This document shows, piece after piece, positions 12,743 through 24,399 of a DNA stretch of 64,000 bases. The notes below the pieces were generated by a model. The model was not told where the DNA came from. It saw only the letters and a program-made list of their open reading frames with translations, and did no database searches. Position 1 is the first letter of the stretch. Every line of letters begins with the position of its first letter. This DNA comes from Neoechinorhynchus agilis (lineage: Eukaryota > Animalia > Acanthocephala). The position numbers and the translations under genes were made by a program. The DNA lies in assembly GCA_051530055.1 (NCBI GenBank), contig CM121342.1, positions 5,331,489 to 5,395,488 of the forward strand, read 5' to 3'.

Positions 12743-12968
12743 GGAGAGCTTCGGCTATATTCCTTTTTGAGCCTTTCGGCTAACTTGCACACAACGAAGG
12801 CGCTTAGCCGCACTCGAAGGAACAGGACCAACCCCCTTTGGGGCCGATGGGCGATCTCAAAACCTGACGCCACCCCTTCCGGCAGCCTCGCACACCCGTA
12901 AAACCCAGCGATCGGTGGCGTTGAACCTTCGACATATCAAGCACATTATGAACGCGCCACGCGATTTG
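12743..12968. ncRNA. Candidate structured non-coding RNA (GC-rich island of nested stems)
   Basis: AGC-TTCG-GCT, CGGCTAA/TTAGCCG, CCCC-TTT-GGGG and ACGCCACC/GGTGGCGT stems; no family recognised. Confidence 0.4.
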
Positions 12969-13022
12969 AACTACAATAAACGAAACTGTCCAGTGCTAAA
13001 AAAACCAACTTAAAGTTTGTAT

Positions 13023-15492
13023 TTATTGATCCGGAAACAAACAATCTAATATGTGCATCTTTTCATAGAGTTTTTTAATCCTTGCCGAATGTCGTTCATT
13101 ATAGGCCAATAATTTTTCCGATAAAGGTTCAACCAATAATTGACCAGCTTTACCAGTTGCAAGAATTCTAATCAGTACTTCTTGGGCATAAGCACTCTGT
13201 GAAGCGAGTGTGTTCCAATCAGCAACAAATTCAACCAACTTTCCGCATTCTGATTTCAGCTCCGGGTTAAACACTAACTCCTGGATTATTCTATCGAATT
13301 GGCCCGTCTCCTGATCAGCTATCATCTCCTTTACTATGTTAAGAGCCTGCCTTCTTCGTCCAAGTCTTAAACAAGCCAGAAGTGCTTTCTCACGGGAAGC
13401 ATCCTTCAAATCAGCATCGATTTCATCAGAAACCTGTTGCTTTCTTTTTTCAATTAACAACCGCTTATACTCCGACAAAAGACACTCAATAGTCCATACA
13501 TTTCCACTCGCCTTATCCACCACTATTTTGCAATCTTCTTCAGCTTCATTAAATAAAAGATAACGTCTAGTCGCATCGATTATTGATACAATCATCTTCC
13601 CGATACCAACATTCTCACACTTTCGAGCGTCAAACACTCGAAATAAAGTCGATCTTTGGTTTGTAAGTTCGTCAGAGGCGCTGTCATCCATTATCTCGGC
13701 GATTAGAATGCATCCTATCGAAGTCATAAAACTGGCACCTATTGCCCATCCGGTGCACTCGATCGTTAAATAAGAACAATGTTCGTGAATTCCTTCATAA
13801 ATACGAACTTCACTTTTCTTCTTTTTTGAATTAAGAAGCATCAGAAGCTGAACGGTTTGATGTGAAGAGAAACTGAGTTGTTCAATGGTATACCCGGCAT
13901 CGATCTTTGTGAAGGAATTTGGTTTCTTAGCTTTCTCCGTCCATGTCCACACTTCATTGGACGAAGCTACTGCGATTGTCAGGGGATTCATTTTCCGAAA
14001 AGCAAACGTGTTCATTATGTGTGACAATTGAAGAGATTGAATGCAAGTCCCTACTATGTTCGTGGTACATTCGAACACTTTTAAGTTTGCCTTGTGGTCA
14101 AGAGTCACTAATGAATCGTTTCTGGTAACAGCTAATTCAAGTACCGTCGATCACGTAGAAGTATACGAAATCAATCATTATTGATACATTTAAGTCGGTG
14201 AAAAATGATCAATTGTACTATAATTACTTTAGGCGATGTGGTTCTAAGAACTTGACTAAAGCAAATGGGTCTAATTATTTGCAAAAAAAGTCTCCTTTCA
14301 TAATCTTTAGGGATCGGCGATTCTTGTGATTTAAAGCAACTATTTGCGTCTCGTGTATTTTGACCAAATCCAAATGTTCATTGGGACCATTTAGGTTCAC
14401 GCGGCACATTTTTCCACACTTAGTTCCGACCAGCAGCAATTCGTTTTCGTTCACATGAGCACACGAAAACTGTGCTTTGAAGCATTCGGCAATTAGTGTA
14501 AGATTATTCATGTCATTTATGAATATTCGATTCTGAGTTAAAACGAGCACTTTAGAATTCCCCAACGATATACATTCGATCAATTCATCAGTGTGTGCCA
14601 TAAATGGAACATTTCCGAATCGACCTAGACCATATTTATCGATTCTAATTATTGTTGACTCATTTGAAACCGCGAATTGTAACGGTGCTGAGTGTGATAT
14701 CTTCTCAACAAGTCCAACATCATTGAACACATATTCATGAACGCTTCCAATCACATGCACGTTTGTGTCTTGATATCTTACCAGCAGGATTTCATCGTTT
14801 TCTTCGGTACAGTAAATGATGCTCGGATAAGCACATTTTTGCTTCCATAGATAGATTGTCCCATCCACGCATCCGAAAACGATATCAGCTTCTAAATGTG
14901 CCATGGATAAAACCCGATTTCCTGAAAAGTGTCGCAACTCCTTCATTCCCTGGTCAATGTCATACTCAAAGAGTGTCCCCTGCTCATGAGCGACGTAAAA
15001 ACTCGTTGATCCGGCATAAAGACCACAAATCGGCCCATGGTCACTATTGTTAATTACTCGGAAACAAGCTTTCGATTGCCATAGTCTAACTGTACCTTCA
15101 GATCCAGCAGTTGCCATCACTTCAGTGGACAGTGATAGGACCGAGCGGACTATACCTCTATGCCCATGTTTCCACTGGCACAATAAATGAACTCTCTGAT
15201 CGTCCACAAATTCATAGATTTTTATGAGTCCAGAACGTCTTTGAACGGTCACCAAGCACGAATCATGGCTCCGTAGCGATACACATACAATATCACCAAA
15301 CTGTTCCGAATCATCATTGGTCAATGTTACTTGTTTAATGGAACCTTCGAAGTTGAATCGTTGGATTCGAGTTCCGTCAAAAACATACAACGAATTCCCA
15401 AACATACAAATCCGATTTTGAACAAGAGGCAGCAATGGGTCATGACGGATATTTGGTTGAAAAATTGATCGAATGTTCACTGGATTCATCAT
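13023..15492 (-). CDS. TBL3: Transducin beta-like 3 / UTP13 (WD40 + Utp13 C-terminal domain); probable 1-nt homopolymer error at 14283-14289 and a non-canonical intron at 14136-14218
   Basis: WD repeats in the 436-aa ORF; C-terminal WNT..SQSAYAQEVL and LLAYNERHSARI..LDCL match the Utp13 domain. Confidence 0.8.
14136..14218 (-). other. Predicted non-canonical GT...AA intron (83 nt) with terminal stem
   Basis: GTACAATTGATCAT pairs with GTGATCGACGGTAC 12/14 (two U.G); spacer TTGAA; phase-compatible, giving KVII/LAVTRNDSLVT. Confidence 0.6.
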
Positions 15493-15793
15493 TCTAAAAT
15501 TAATGATTGGAACCTTTTCGTGTCCTCTACGCTTTAAGGCGAGATGCGAATACGCTCTAACGGTACTGATGAACGAAAAGAACAAAATGTTTCAGAATTA
15601 GAGAGTTTGCATTTCCGACAAAAACACACACATGAGAATGTGAACATTATTTCACTCGACTTATCGACGTTCCGAGAGAAAATTCTCAATCTTCTTCAAA
15701 AATAAAAGGTTTACCGTGACAAAGGCAAGTGAGTTCGCGTGCGTATTTTAATCATTCAAATCCCATCATGTCATTTGTGAATGCTCCTTAAAT

Positions 15794-16787
15794 TTACATG
15801 ATAGTGCAGCTCTGACTTTCTCCGGACGATACAATTCGTCTTCTACGTCGTCCGAATCTACTTCTTAAGTTCTGGTCCTCGTCGTCTAACCGCCGATCAT
15901 TTTGATGGTGCCTAAGCGAACGAACACTTGAAAAAAATTGAAACGGCCAAACAAAAGAAGCCAACCTGACCATCCTTACAAGTTCATGGAACGCCATGTC
16001 GACATTGACGGGAGGATTCTTGGCACTTGTCTCGATTGATGAGATCTAGAAGAGATGACAATGAAAAAGACGTCTATGTAAGACAACAATGGAACCTTCA
16101 ATTGATTGGCCAAGTCGGATATTTGTTCTTGAGTTATTTGTCGTAGACTAGTCAAATCGATTTTGTTCGCTACCAATAGTTTGGGAAAATCATTACTAAA
16201 AAATTTTGTCACTATTTTGATCAGTTGGTAAGATCGTTGCCGGTCCCGGAAAAGATTTGTAAAATAAGTTTATATATTTTGAAATCATTTCTGCTCGGAA
16301 TATCGAAATGAACCTCATATTCTAAAATCAACAAAACGTGGGCTTGTCCTAATAAAGAAGAATATATTTTTCTAGAGAGACCGACACGATTTCTGTTTCA
16401 TTTGAAACTAGCCTGCCCTTGACTCTGGCGATTTGATTGCAGAAATTGGGAATATTCCGGAAGCTGGCTTTATCCGTGACTGAGAACACGATAAGGAATC
16501 CGTCACCTTTCCTCATGTACTGTTCCCGCATGGCACTGAACTCTTCTTGTCCGGCAGTGTCCAGAACTACAAAAACTTTTTTTTTCGATTGTCGTCGACT
16601 TCGAAAACAAACCATCAAGAACACACAATTGGCTGTCGACTTCAACGTGTTGAATATAGGAATCTTCAATGGTTGGGTCGTACTCTTCAACGAACATCTT
16701 TTGAAAGAATTGAATGGTCAGGGCTGATTTGCCGACACCACCGTCACCCACAACGACCAGTTTATATGTTGGAAGGTTATCGGTCAT
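15794..16787 (-). CDS. MRAS: M-Ras GTPase, 5 exons; includes a GC-AG intron at 16196-16412
   Basis: [68 protein letters not shown] end CTIM. Confidence 0.95.
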
Positions 16788-18880
16788 TGGAGGACCCGTT
16801 GACGACCGATGTCCGTTTCGACCACTGCAACGACCTAATCAAGGATCTTTTAAAAAAGAGAATAAACCGAAACTTATCTACTCACATAGTCCACACGAAT
16901 AAGACTGGGAAGACATTCAGGTTCTGAAAAACAAGACGTGAACTTGGCGGTTTTTTTCTACTAGTCATAAAGAAGAAAGAACGGACAGAAATCAATAACT
17001 TTCGCCTTAGAAATTATCCCAAATATTAAATGGAAGAAGAGATTAACTTCCGTGCTATGTAGTGGCTATAGTAAATTTATTGAGCCGCAATAAATTATGG
17101 CCACTCGACAACAATCATGAGCAGTTTCATTTTTCAATTATATAAAGATGTTGACGACTCTTTTTTGAAGGACACTTGAATAGTTGTGTGCGTCGACGAT
17201 TCACGACGCAACCTTGAAAGAGTCAAACGAAAACATTGCGGTTTATATGAAGAATGGATCGTCGTTGTGAAAGAAAACCGAATAAGCCGCACAAACGGAC
17301 TGAACCAAAAAAGAATTGTACACAAAAGGAGGAAGAAAATGTGAGGCTCGAGCAGAAATCTTTGTAATTCCATTAACCTAAACTTTACATGAGATGACCG
17401 GAGAAATCAGTAATGCGAGGCGTCGGCTGGATTGTCAAAAAGCATTAGACTGACAGAAGTTATCTCTTCTTAAATGGGCATACCAACTGGTAGACGAACA
17501 TTCCTCTCTCTCTCTCGTATGATTCCAAATTCTTAGTGACGCTCAATTCTCTCTTTTTTTTATGAACAAAATTGAGAAAACATAATTTTTTTCATTATCT
17601 ATGATTACATTCGGCTGTGTAGCTTGTAATCTAAATTCACTCTCATAAATCGGCGACTTTCAAAAACCGAGCAGCAATCGGAAATCTTATAACGTAATCG
17701 AAGATGATTTGCTTAATCGAAACTGAAGAACCTTCAAGATTTATGATGCATTGAATGATTGTACTCAAATTGTATAAAGAGAGCATTGAGTGTAATTTTC
17801 CTCTTAATCACCACGTCAAATCATCTCATTAGTAGCGACGAGGATCTCTGATTTTTAACGTAATCTCAGTTGAAACGATTTCAAAATTAAACCGCACACA
17901 CAAATGAGTCAATATTAGATGAGAAAGAGCAATAAAGTCTTTTGCCATTACTACAAACTCTTTTGATACAAAGCTTCTTAAATGAACTCTGCTTTAGTCC
18001 CAAGATTCACATTTCCCAATTGATTTTGGGTGATTTGAGAAGACTTGACAGGTGGTGGTGACCTCCCAAAAGCTAATCGAATTATCATCAGCACTAGAAA
18101 CTCGATAGCCCTGAAGCCGAATAATTCTAGATGAGATGACCATGGACACGTGCATTGAAACCGATAAATCATTTAGTTTTCTTTTTATCAATTATTGATA
18201 TCTCTTCATTAGGAAAATAAATCGCAGGTAGTTCGTCTAATAGCGACAAGATAAGTCTCGATGGGGATATTCACCACGTGGACTGGAATGTTGTGGACGA
18301 TGTGTGGATTATCCGTTCTTCGGTCTGGAATTGGACGTTATGGTTCGCTGAAATGCGGTCCACATCATTACCTGCTGCTACATCGCTAGGGCAGCCAACG
18401 AACGCACACAAAAGCTATCGAATTATTTGGTCGGTCGGTTCCACCACGACCACTCTCGGCACCTAAGAGCAGCAGACACGAATTGTGTGAAGTTTGGTCA
18501 CTCATTCACGCACCAAAGATCCTCCTCCCACATTGCGTTTCACAAAAGACTAAGAAAAGATGTCGTCGTCCTGAGATACCTGATTCCAGAGGAAGTCACC
18601 GGGTTTTTGCCCTTCCGATCCATATCTTCTTTAGACACCATTACAGATTTCTGATTGTCGAGACCAGACTGATAAAATAACGATTAAGATGAGCGAATTT
18701 CTCATTTCCGTCTATCGCCGGCGGATACAGCAACCTCACAACAGTCGTAGACACAATGTCGCATCCTGCGGAAATCAAGTTTGAAATCCAATGATACCCT
18801 AATCGCCATTGAACAAATCTGTAAAATATTTTTTATGGGACCACTAAGCATATATATAGCGGGTTTTTTTAGTTCTTAAT

Positions 18881-19035
18881 CGGACGAAATAAACAAAAAA
18901 TCAATTAATTTCGATATTTCATCCTCTACATCGTCGGAGGGAGGAAGGTGGCGAATAAAAACACTTAAACAATATTGAATTAATCAACACGATGTAGAAT
19001 ACGAAATATAGAAATTGATTTTTCTATTTCGTCCG
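18881..19035. repeat. Imperfect long inverted repeat (foldback/MITE-like), arms ~55 nt
   Basis: CGGACGAAATA..AAAAATCAATT..TCTACATCGT versus ACGATGTAGA..AATTGATTTTTT..TATTTCGTCCG. Confidence 0.7.
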
Positions 19036-21105
19036 TTCAAACAAAAGAGTTACGGTTTCAATGAGTTGGAAGTCGTTCGAATATGTTGAAGTTCTTTTTT
19101 TTAAAACAACCACGGGAATTGTTTAAAAGAGTATCTAAATAGAATGAAAATAATTTATTGAAAACTCACACCACTTTTATAGGCATCTACAAACGCTCAG
19201 CGGTTGTTTTGGTGTTGTAATGGGTTTTAAAGGACGACTGCTAGCAATATATTAAATTGGCCATTTTTGAACTTGGAAATCAAGGTATTCTTCGAGTGTC
19301 GTTTATTGGCATCTAACGATATTTTCTGCGCAACTTCGATTTGTAGAATAAAAATTTGAGAATTACGAAAAGAAATTAATTAGATCAGAATTCAAATTAT
19401 TTCTTTTATTAGAATAATGATTTATATTTTATTTATAATTCAGACAGCTTATAGGCATCAAGAGTAAAATTGATAATTTTAAATTCGTTTCATTACACAT
19501 TATTGCTTTATTAGGTTTGTATGCGTTCCACGCATAACTGCAAAGGGACGCGGCTATGTCGCTTATTTCAAATCAAGAATCTTGTGAATTTGACTTTATT
19601 TTTAAACTTTGCGCGATTAAAAATGTATACTTTGCAATTTTTTTGGAATTACCTAAAGGTTCCGATAAAAATATAGATCTCTTACACTTGCTTACGACTT
19701 TAGAATTCGTTTTTGTTCAAATTGACTTAGTTTGCTTCTATTGTCTTCGTGTTTGCCATTCCGCAGTGTTTTTTGGCTAAATGAGAACGGTGTCAATTTT
19801 TTTCATGGTTGTTGTTGCCATAATCGTTGGGTTTTTTCCGCTTACTGATGAAATTGGCAGAATAAAGGTCATTATTGGTGTGTGAAGTCCTTTTATAATG
19901 GCGAGAGAATTGAATCACATCGTCCCAGTCCGTTTAATCAATTCGTTTTGCTTCTTTCTATAAAGATTCATTTGCGGAACTGGTCTCTCTCTCTTAGGTC
20001 TTTAAATATTTGGTCTATTGTCTCGTTTCAATGTCTTTATGGTGCAATATAGACAATTCTTTAAAGATGAGATAGATTTAGCCAGGACGAATGGTTTGAT
20101 GGTGTTCGTCATTAACACTCCCATTAGTCGGTCTGGACAGCAGAGCGAGAGAAGTTTGAAGTCCTGATTGGGGTTCATTTGAAGTTCGAGTTAAATTTTG
20201 TGTGATTGGACGTAGCAGCAGCAGCAGCATTAAGATTTGTGTTCCCTTTAGAAGGAATTTGCATTATTAAATATTTGAGACGAGAAAGCTTCCGGTGTGT
20301 GTGTAAATGACCACAAGCGAGGGTTTGTGTGGGAAGCAATTGCTGATTGAATTAAAAACATTTGGTTTCTCGTTCCGTGGTGCTGTTATGCAACAACGGC
20401 TCCTCGGCGACCTCGTTTCCATCTAATTAAATTGTTTTCTTCTACTCTCTCTCGCCAAGACGTGTGTATAGAAAGTCACAAGTTGACAAGATGTTGCAGA
20501 AGCAGCAGCAATGTCAAGTGCATTAGAGTGTTTACAGAGAAATTCGGCTCACTGGTCATCACTATACACGGGGTGAGCGCTTAGATTGAATCCATTGCTT
20601 CCACACATCTAACAGATTGTAGCCGATGAGACTGGCCCACTGGCCGTCTTCTAATGGGACCGTTGGTGTCCTTGGCTCCACCACCCACTTCACCCCCCCC
20701 CGCGCACACAAATCACACCTCCACACATAATGACTCTAATCAGTCGGCAACAGAGCTCGATTCCACCAAAAGCGGCGTCACTTTTCTCTTCTTAAATGTA
20801 GAGTACCCCTAGAACCCATTAAAACCGAAATAATGGACGCCCATTAGAACTGAGATCTTCTGAAACTGACACACACACGAATCATCGATTCTGTGTTATT
20901 CGGAGGAACCGCAAACATCCTTCTAGAGGACGGCTCCCACACGCATTGTTTCTCGAGAGGACCGCTCCTCAATGGCTCTTTAGCATCTCACCTTGAATCA
21001 CCATGGAATGTCTGATATAGAGAGAGAGACAATGGTCCTCCCATTCCATTCATAACTATCTCGTTTAAGACCTCCGCCACCGCCACCACTGATGACCACC
21101 CTAAC

Positions 21106-23832
21106 ATGAAATGGAGATTCATGATGAAACTCACATCGGTGCTCTTCACCTTCACAGGTTCGTATTCTTCTTTGAGTTTGAATCCGGTCATGCAAGAAAA
21201 AAGTAGTCGTATTAACGTACACTCCGTCGACGACGTCCAAAACACGGTGGACGACCGCTTACTCGTGTACTTCAAGAGGATCCGCCAGTGCCAGTATTCT
21301 GATCGATTGCGTCCATCATGGATCCCTCATTCAAATCGGTCGGGCACATTACGGCGTTAGTTTGTTGGCAGATAACACAAACAAAGCCAAACATAAGACA
21401 TGTGAAAAACCAAGTCCCATCGATTGCACGATGGATTACACTAACAAAATAGCTGAACAATGCAACGGACTCTTGTCGTGTAGAGTCAATCTTATCTCAC
21501 AGTATGTCCATAAATGTCAAGCTGAGGCCTCATACCTTTATTTGACCTACAAATGTGTAAAAGGTTAGTAGAGGAATCCACACCCCCCATAATGAGATCC
21601 TTTCTTTTTTGTAATCAAAAAGGAGATCAAGTGCACGATGTTTGTAAATATGGTGCCGTGTCCAAAAAACTTATACATTTGACCAGTCCGAATTTCCCAA
21701 TGAGTACCAATGAGGAAACCAGTTGCGAATGCCGAATTAATGCGCCACCAAGAGCTGTTCTCAGTGTCGAGGTAAGATACTCCGTTCTCTTCTACATTAT
21801 TTAAAACAAGATTAATCTTTGAATATATGGGATTTTATTATCTTATCTTAACATCCGCTTGATTAATTCATCCACGTACAACAACCCCGTTGAAGACTCT
21901 ACGTGTGAGACTAAGCATGTCAAATTTGTTTCTTTAACTTATGAAAGGACAATTGTTCGAGACAATAGTGATGAGAAACAACGTGCCACTTAGAACATAT
22001 CGGTTCCATTTGTTCCATGAAAGTCCGGGCTAGTGGTTTTGCTGTTTGAATTTCAGTAAATTTTAACCGGTTCGCAATTGAATACCACGGTAAAAAAATA
22101 GCGAGGAAACGATATGCTTTGTCTCATTTAGCACAAACCAAGAGGTATCAATCAGCCATTACCGTGGTGGTGCCCTTTGTGGAATTTACGATCCCTTTTT
22201 CAAGACGTGCAATGGTGAAAAAACAAATAGTCACACTAAATACTCAGGCGTACATTGCGAACGGATTAATGAGATCGAAATGTATATGGTTCCATGCTTC
22301 AACTTTTAAATTTTTTTATTTAACATCCCTCGTACGTGTTACACCATTGAACATCGTTGGCGAGTCGTGGTTTTGTTCGTCTAACTTAATCCTTCCAATT
22401 TTCCAGGTCGCTTTTATTGCCCGGAAATACTTGTTTTTGAATTTCGCAATGTCAAAAAACCTAATATTTTACCACTCGTTCAATCATTCAATACGCACTG
22501 ATGAATGCTCTACAATCCACGAAATCTATTTAATTCTCCATCCCTTTTACACGCGTTTAGAGAGTGAATCTCCAGATTCAGGAGCCTCATGAGCTCGAGA
22601 TTTTCAAACAAACCGAACCACCGTTTCGCATGGATATGTTGTACAGTGATCAAATAGTTCATTTTATGGATTACAATAAGGCGGAAAACGGTTCTCGTAT
22701 AATTATTCGATTTAGTCCTCGAACGTCATCTCGATTTTGGATGACCCTTATCGCCTACCCTCAATGTCCTCTAGATTGGGTACTTCTCGATAATAAATGT
22801 GCTCGAGTAATCAAATTGAAAACCACCTACACAGTTGCACAAGAGACTTGTCGCCGATTAGGTGGACACCTTTTAACGGTTTCAAAGGATCCTTTAAGAG
22901 CGGCAAGAGTAAATAGATTAATCAATGACCAAATGGACATTGAAGTAAGTGACTCGTGGTTTTGGGTTGAAGATATGGACCCCAAAGCCGATCGGCGTAT
23001 ATCGTACTCAATGTTTGACGGTCTCGATGAGACTAACGTGAAGAACGGGTGTATGGCTCGGAATAAATTGAAATGGACTCGCTTCGATTGCAAGACTAAG
23101 AAGTTGAACTCCATTTGTGAGCAGGAGTTTTCACGTCTTGCTCAGCCTGTGAGCGTTCACTGTGACCGCTTGGAACAAGAGAAGGAAATGGTAACTGAGT
23201 ATTACGACGAGCATATCATGGACGCTGATAAGACAATGATTTTTGAGTCCGAGACTCAAGAATCGCCCGTGGTTCAAACGACCAGTGTGTCTCTGATTCA
23301 CCATCACAAGTCCAACAGGAACAAGGTTCTGACAACCAATCCATGGATGAGTTTGATTTTGCTGATGTGCATCTTTTTGTTCCTCGTCGGATTCATCCTT
23401 TTCTGCAACAGCATTATCTTTTATGTGTGCTGTCGACAAAAACGGAAACATATTTCTAGTTTGCTTCTCCAACAGGACAATACATCCAACGAGTCCTCGC
23501 TTCTTAGATCAAGACCACAAAGCCTCAGGACAAAACAAGCCGTTTCCCGAGATGAAGATAATCTGTGTTATCGATGTCACTGTTGTTGTCCTAATGAAAT
23601 GCTCCATCCCTCTCTATTCTACAATCTCGATAATCATTCATCGGGACTCATGTCAGAAGTGACTGAGGAAAGCTGTCTTCTAATGCGATGTCAACAGCAT
23701 TGTTGCAATTGCGATAACGAGAACGGCTCATCCCTCCTTCGAAATCACTGTGGAGGACCGATAGTAGCTTCCCAAATGGAGCAACAACACCACTACGAGA
23801 AACTCATGTACCTTTCCCCATCAGACGAGTGA
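21106..23832 (+). CDS. Type I membrane receptor with SUEL/Gal-lectin, CUB-like and C-type lectin domains; multi-exon, internal structure partly unresolved
   Basis: Signal-like N-terminus; IQIGRAHYG..C..C..C..SYLYLTYKC; LTSPNFP..SCECRI; CPLDWVLLDNKC..AQETCRRLGGHL..FWV..C..W..C..ICE; TM helix at ~23345-23430. Confidence 0.75.
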
Positions 23833-23971
23833 TTGGATGGTGTTAAAAATAAACGTGATTTGTATAGGTGAAAGAGCGAGTTGTGTGCGCGTAGGACGGA
23901 ATCCAAAAACACAAAGATCTTATATCCTTGTATATCCCTTGCTCCTTTCCAATCATCTCTACTCGCAAGCA

Positions 23972-24325
23972 ATGCGTCCCGCTCTAACCTCGTTCATGCT
24001 TTCTTTGTGGCTAATTGGAACTTTCAATGAATTCAAAGTCGAAGCAATGATCCCGCGACCAGCAGTACCATCTTCCCATTACTATCCTGCAGCAGCAAAA
24101 CCATACATGAGTAGTTCAGAAGAGAAAATCTACAGGATGATCGACTACATCAATGCAAATAAACAATACGACGATGTCTATGCATCGACCGTGGACGATC
24201 AATTCGGCGAAGATGGCTGCGATCCACATTATTCTAGACGAAGACCAAGTGCTTATGATTACGGCGCTCATGATCATCATTTAGATGAGCAGGACTCAGA
24301 ATGCCCAGCTGCAAAAAAGAAATGA
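23972..24325 (+). CDS. Small secreted protein of unknown function
   Basis: ATG 23972, signal-peptide-like MRPALTSFMLSLWLIG, 117 aa. Confidence 0.55.
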   Translation: MRPALTSFMLSLWLIGTFNEFKVEAMIPRPAVPSSHYYPAAAKPYMSSSEEKIYRMIDYINANKQYDDVYASTVDDQFGEDGCDPHYSRRRPSAYDYGAHDHHLDEQDSECPAAKKK

Positions 24326-24399
24326 ATTTCGATTAGAGCCTTAGCGAAGAAGATTTTAATATTATACTCAAAAACAACCTTACATTGAATCGAGAAATG

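Noticed and set aside
12900-12935. GGTTCAAC B-box/tRNA T-arm-like motif on the minus strand
   Set aside because: The T-stem does not pair and no cloverleaf forms; not called as a tRNA.
14275-14300. Apparent 24-nt GA-AG intron or premature stop in TBL3
   Set aside because: Adding one T to the 7-T run puts GDFFLQIIRP in frame with the following exon; a homopolymer assembly error is simpler.
18200-18680. GC-richer patch with several 60-75-aa ORFs
   Set aside because: No recognisable motif or consistent splice path; left unannotated.
20100-20850. Cluster of CCCATTA/TAATGGG motifs upstream of the lectin receptor
   Set aside because: Only 3-4 short matches; could be homeodomain sites but cannot be distinguished from chance without conservation data.
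21158-21205. 1-nt frame conflict after the first intron of the lectin receptor
   Set aside because: It coincides with an A6 run and has no terminal stem; probably a homopolymer error.
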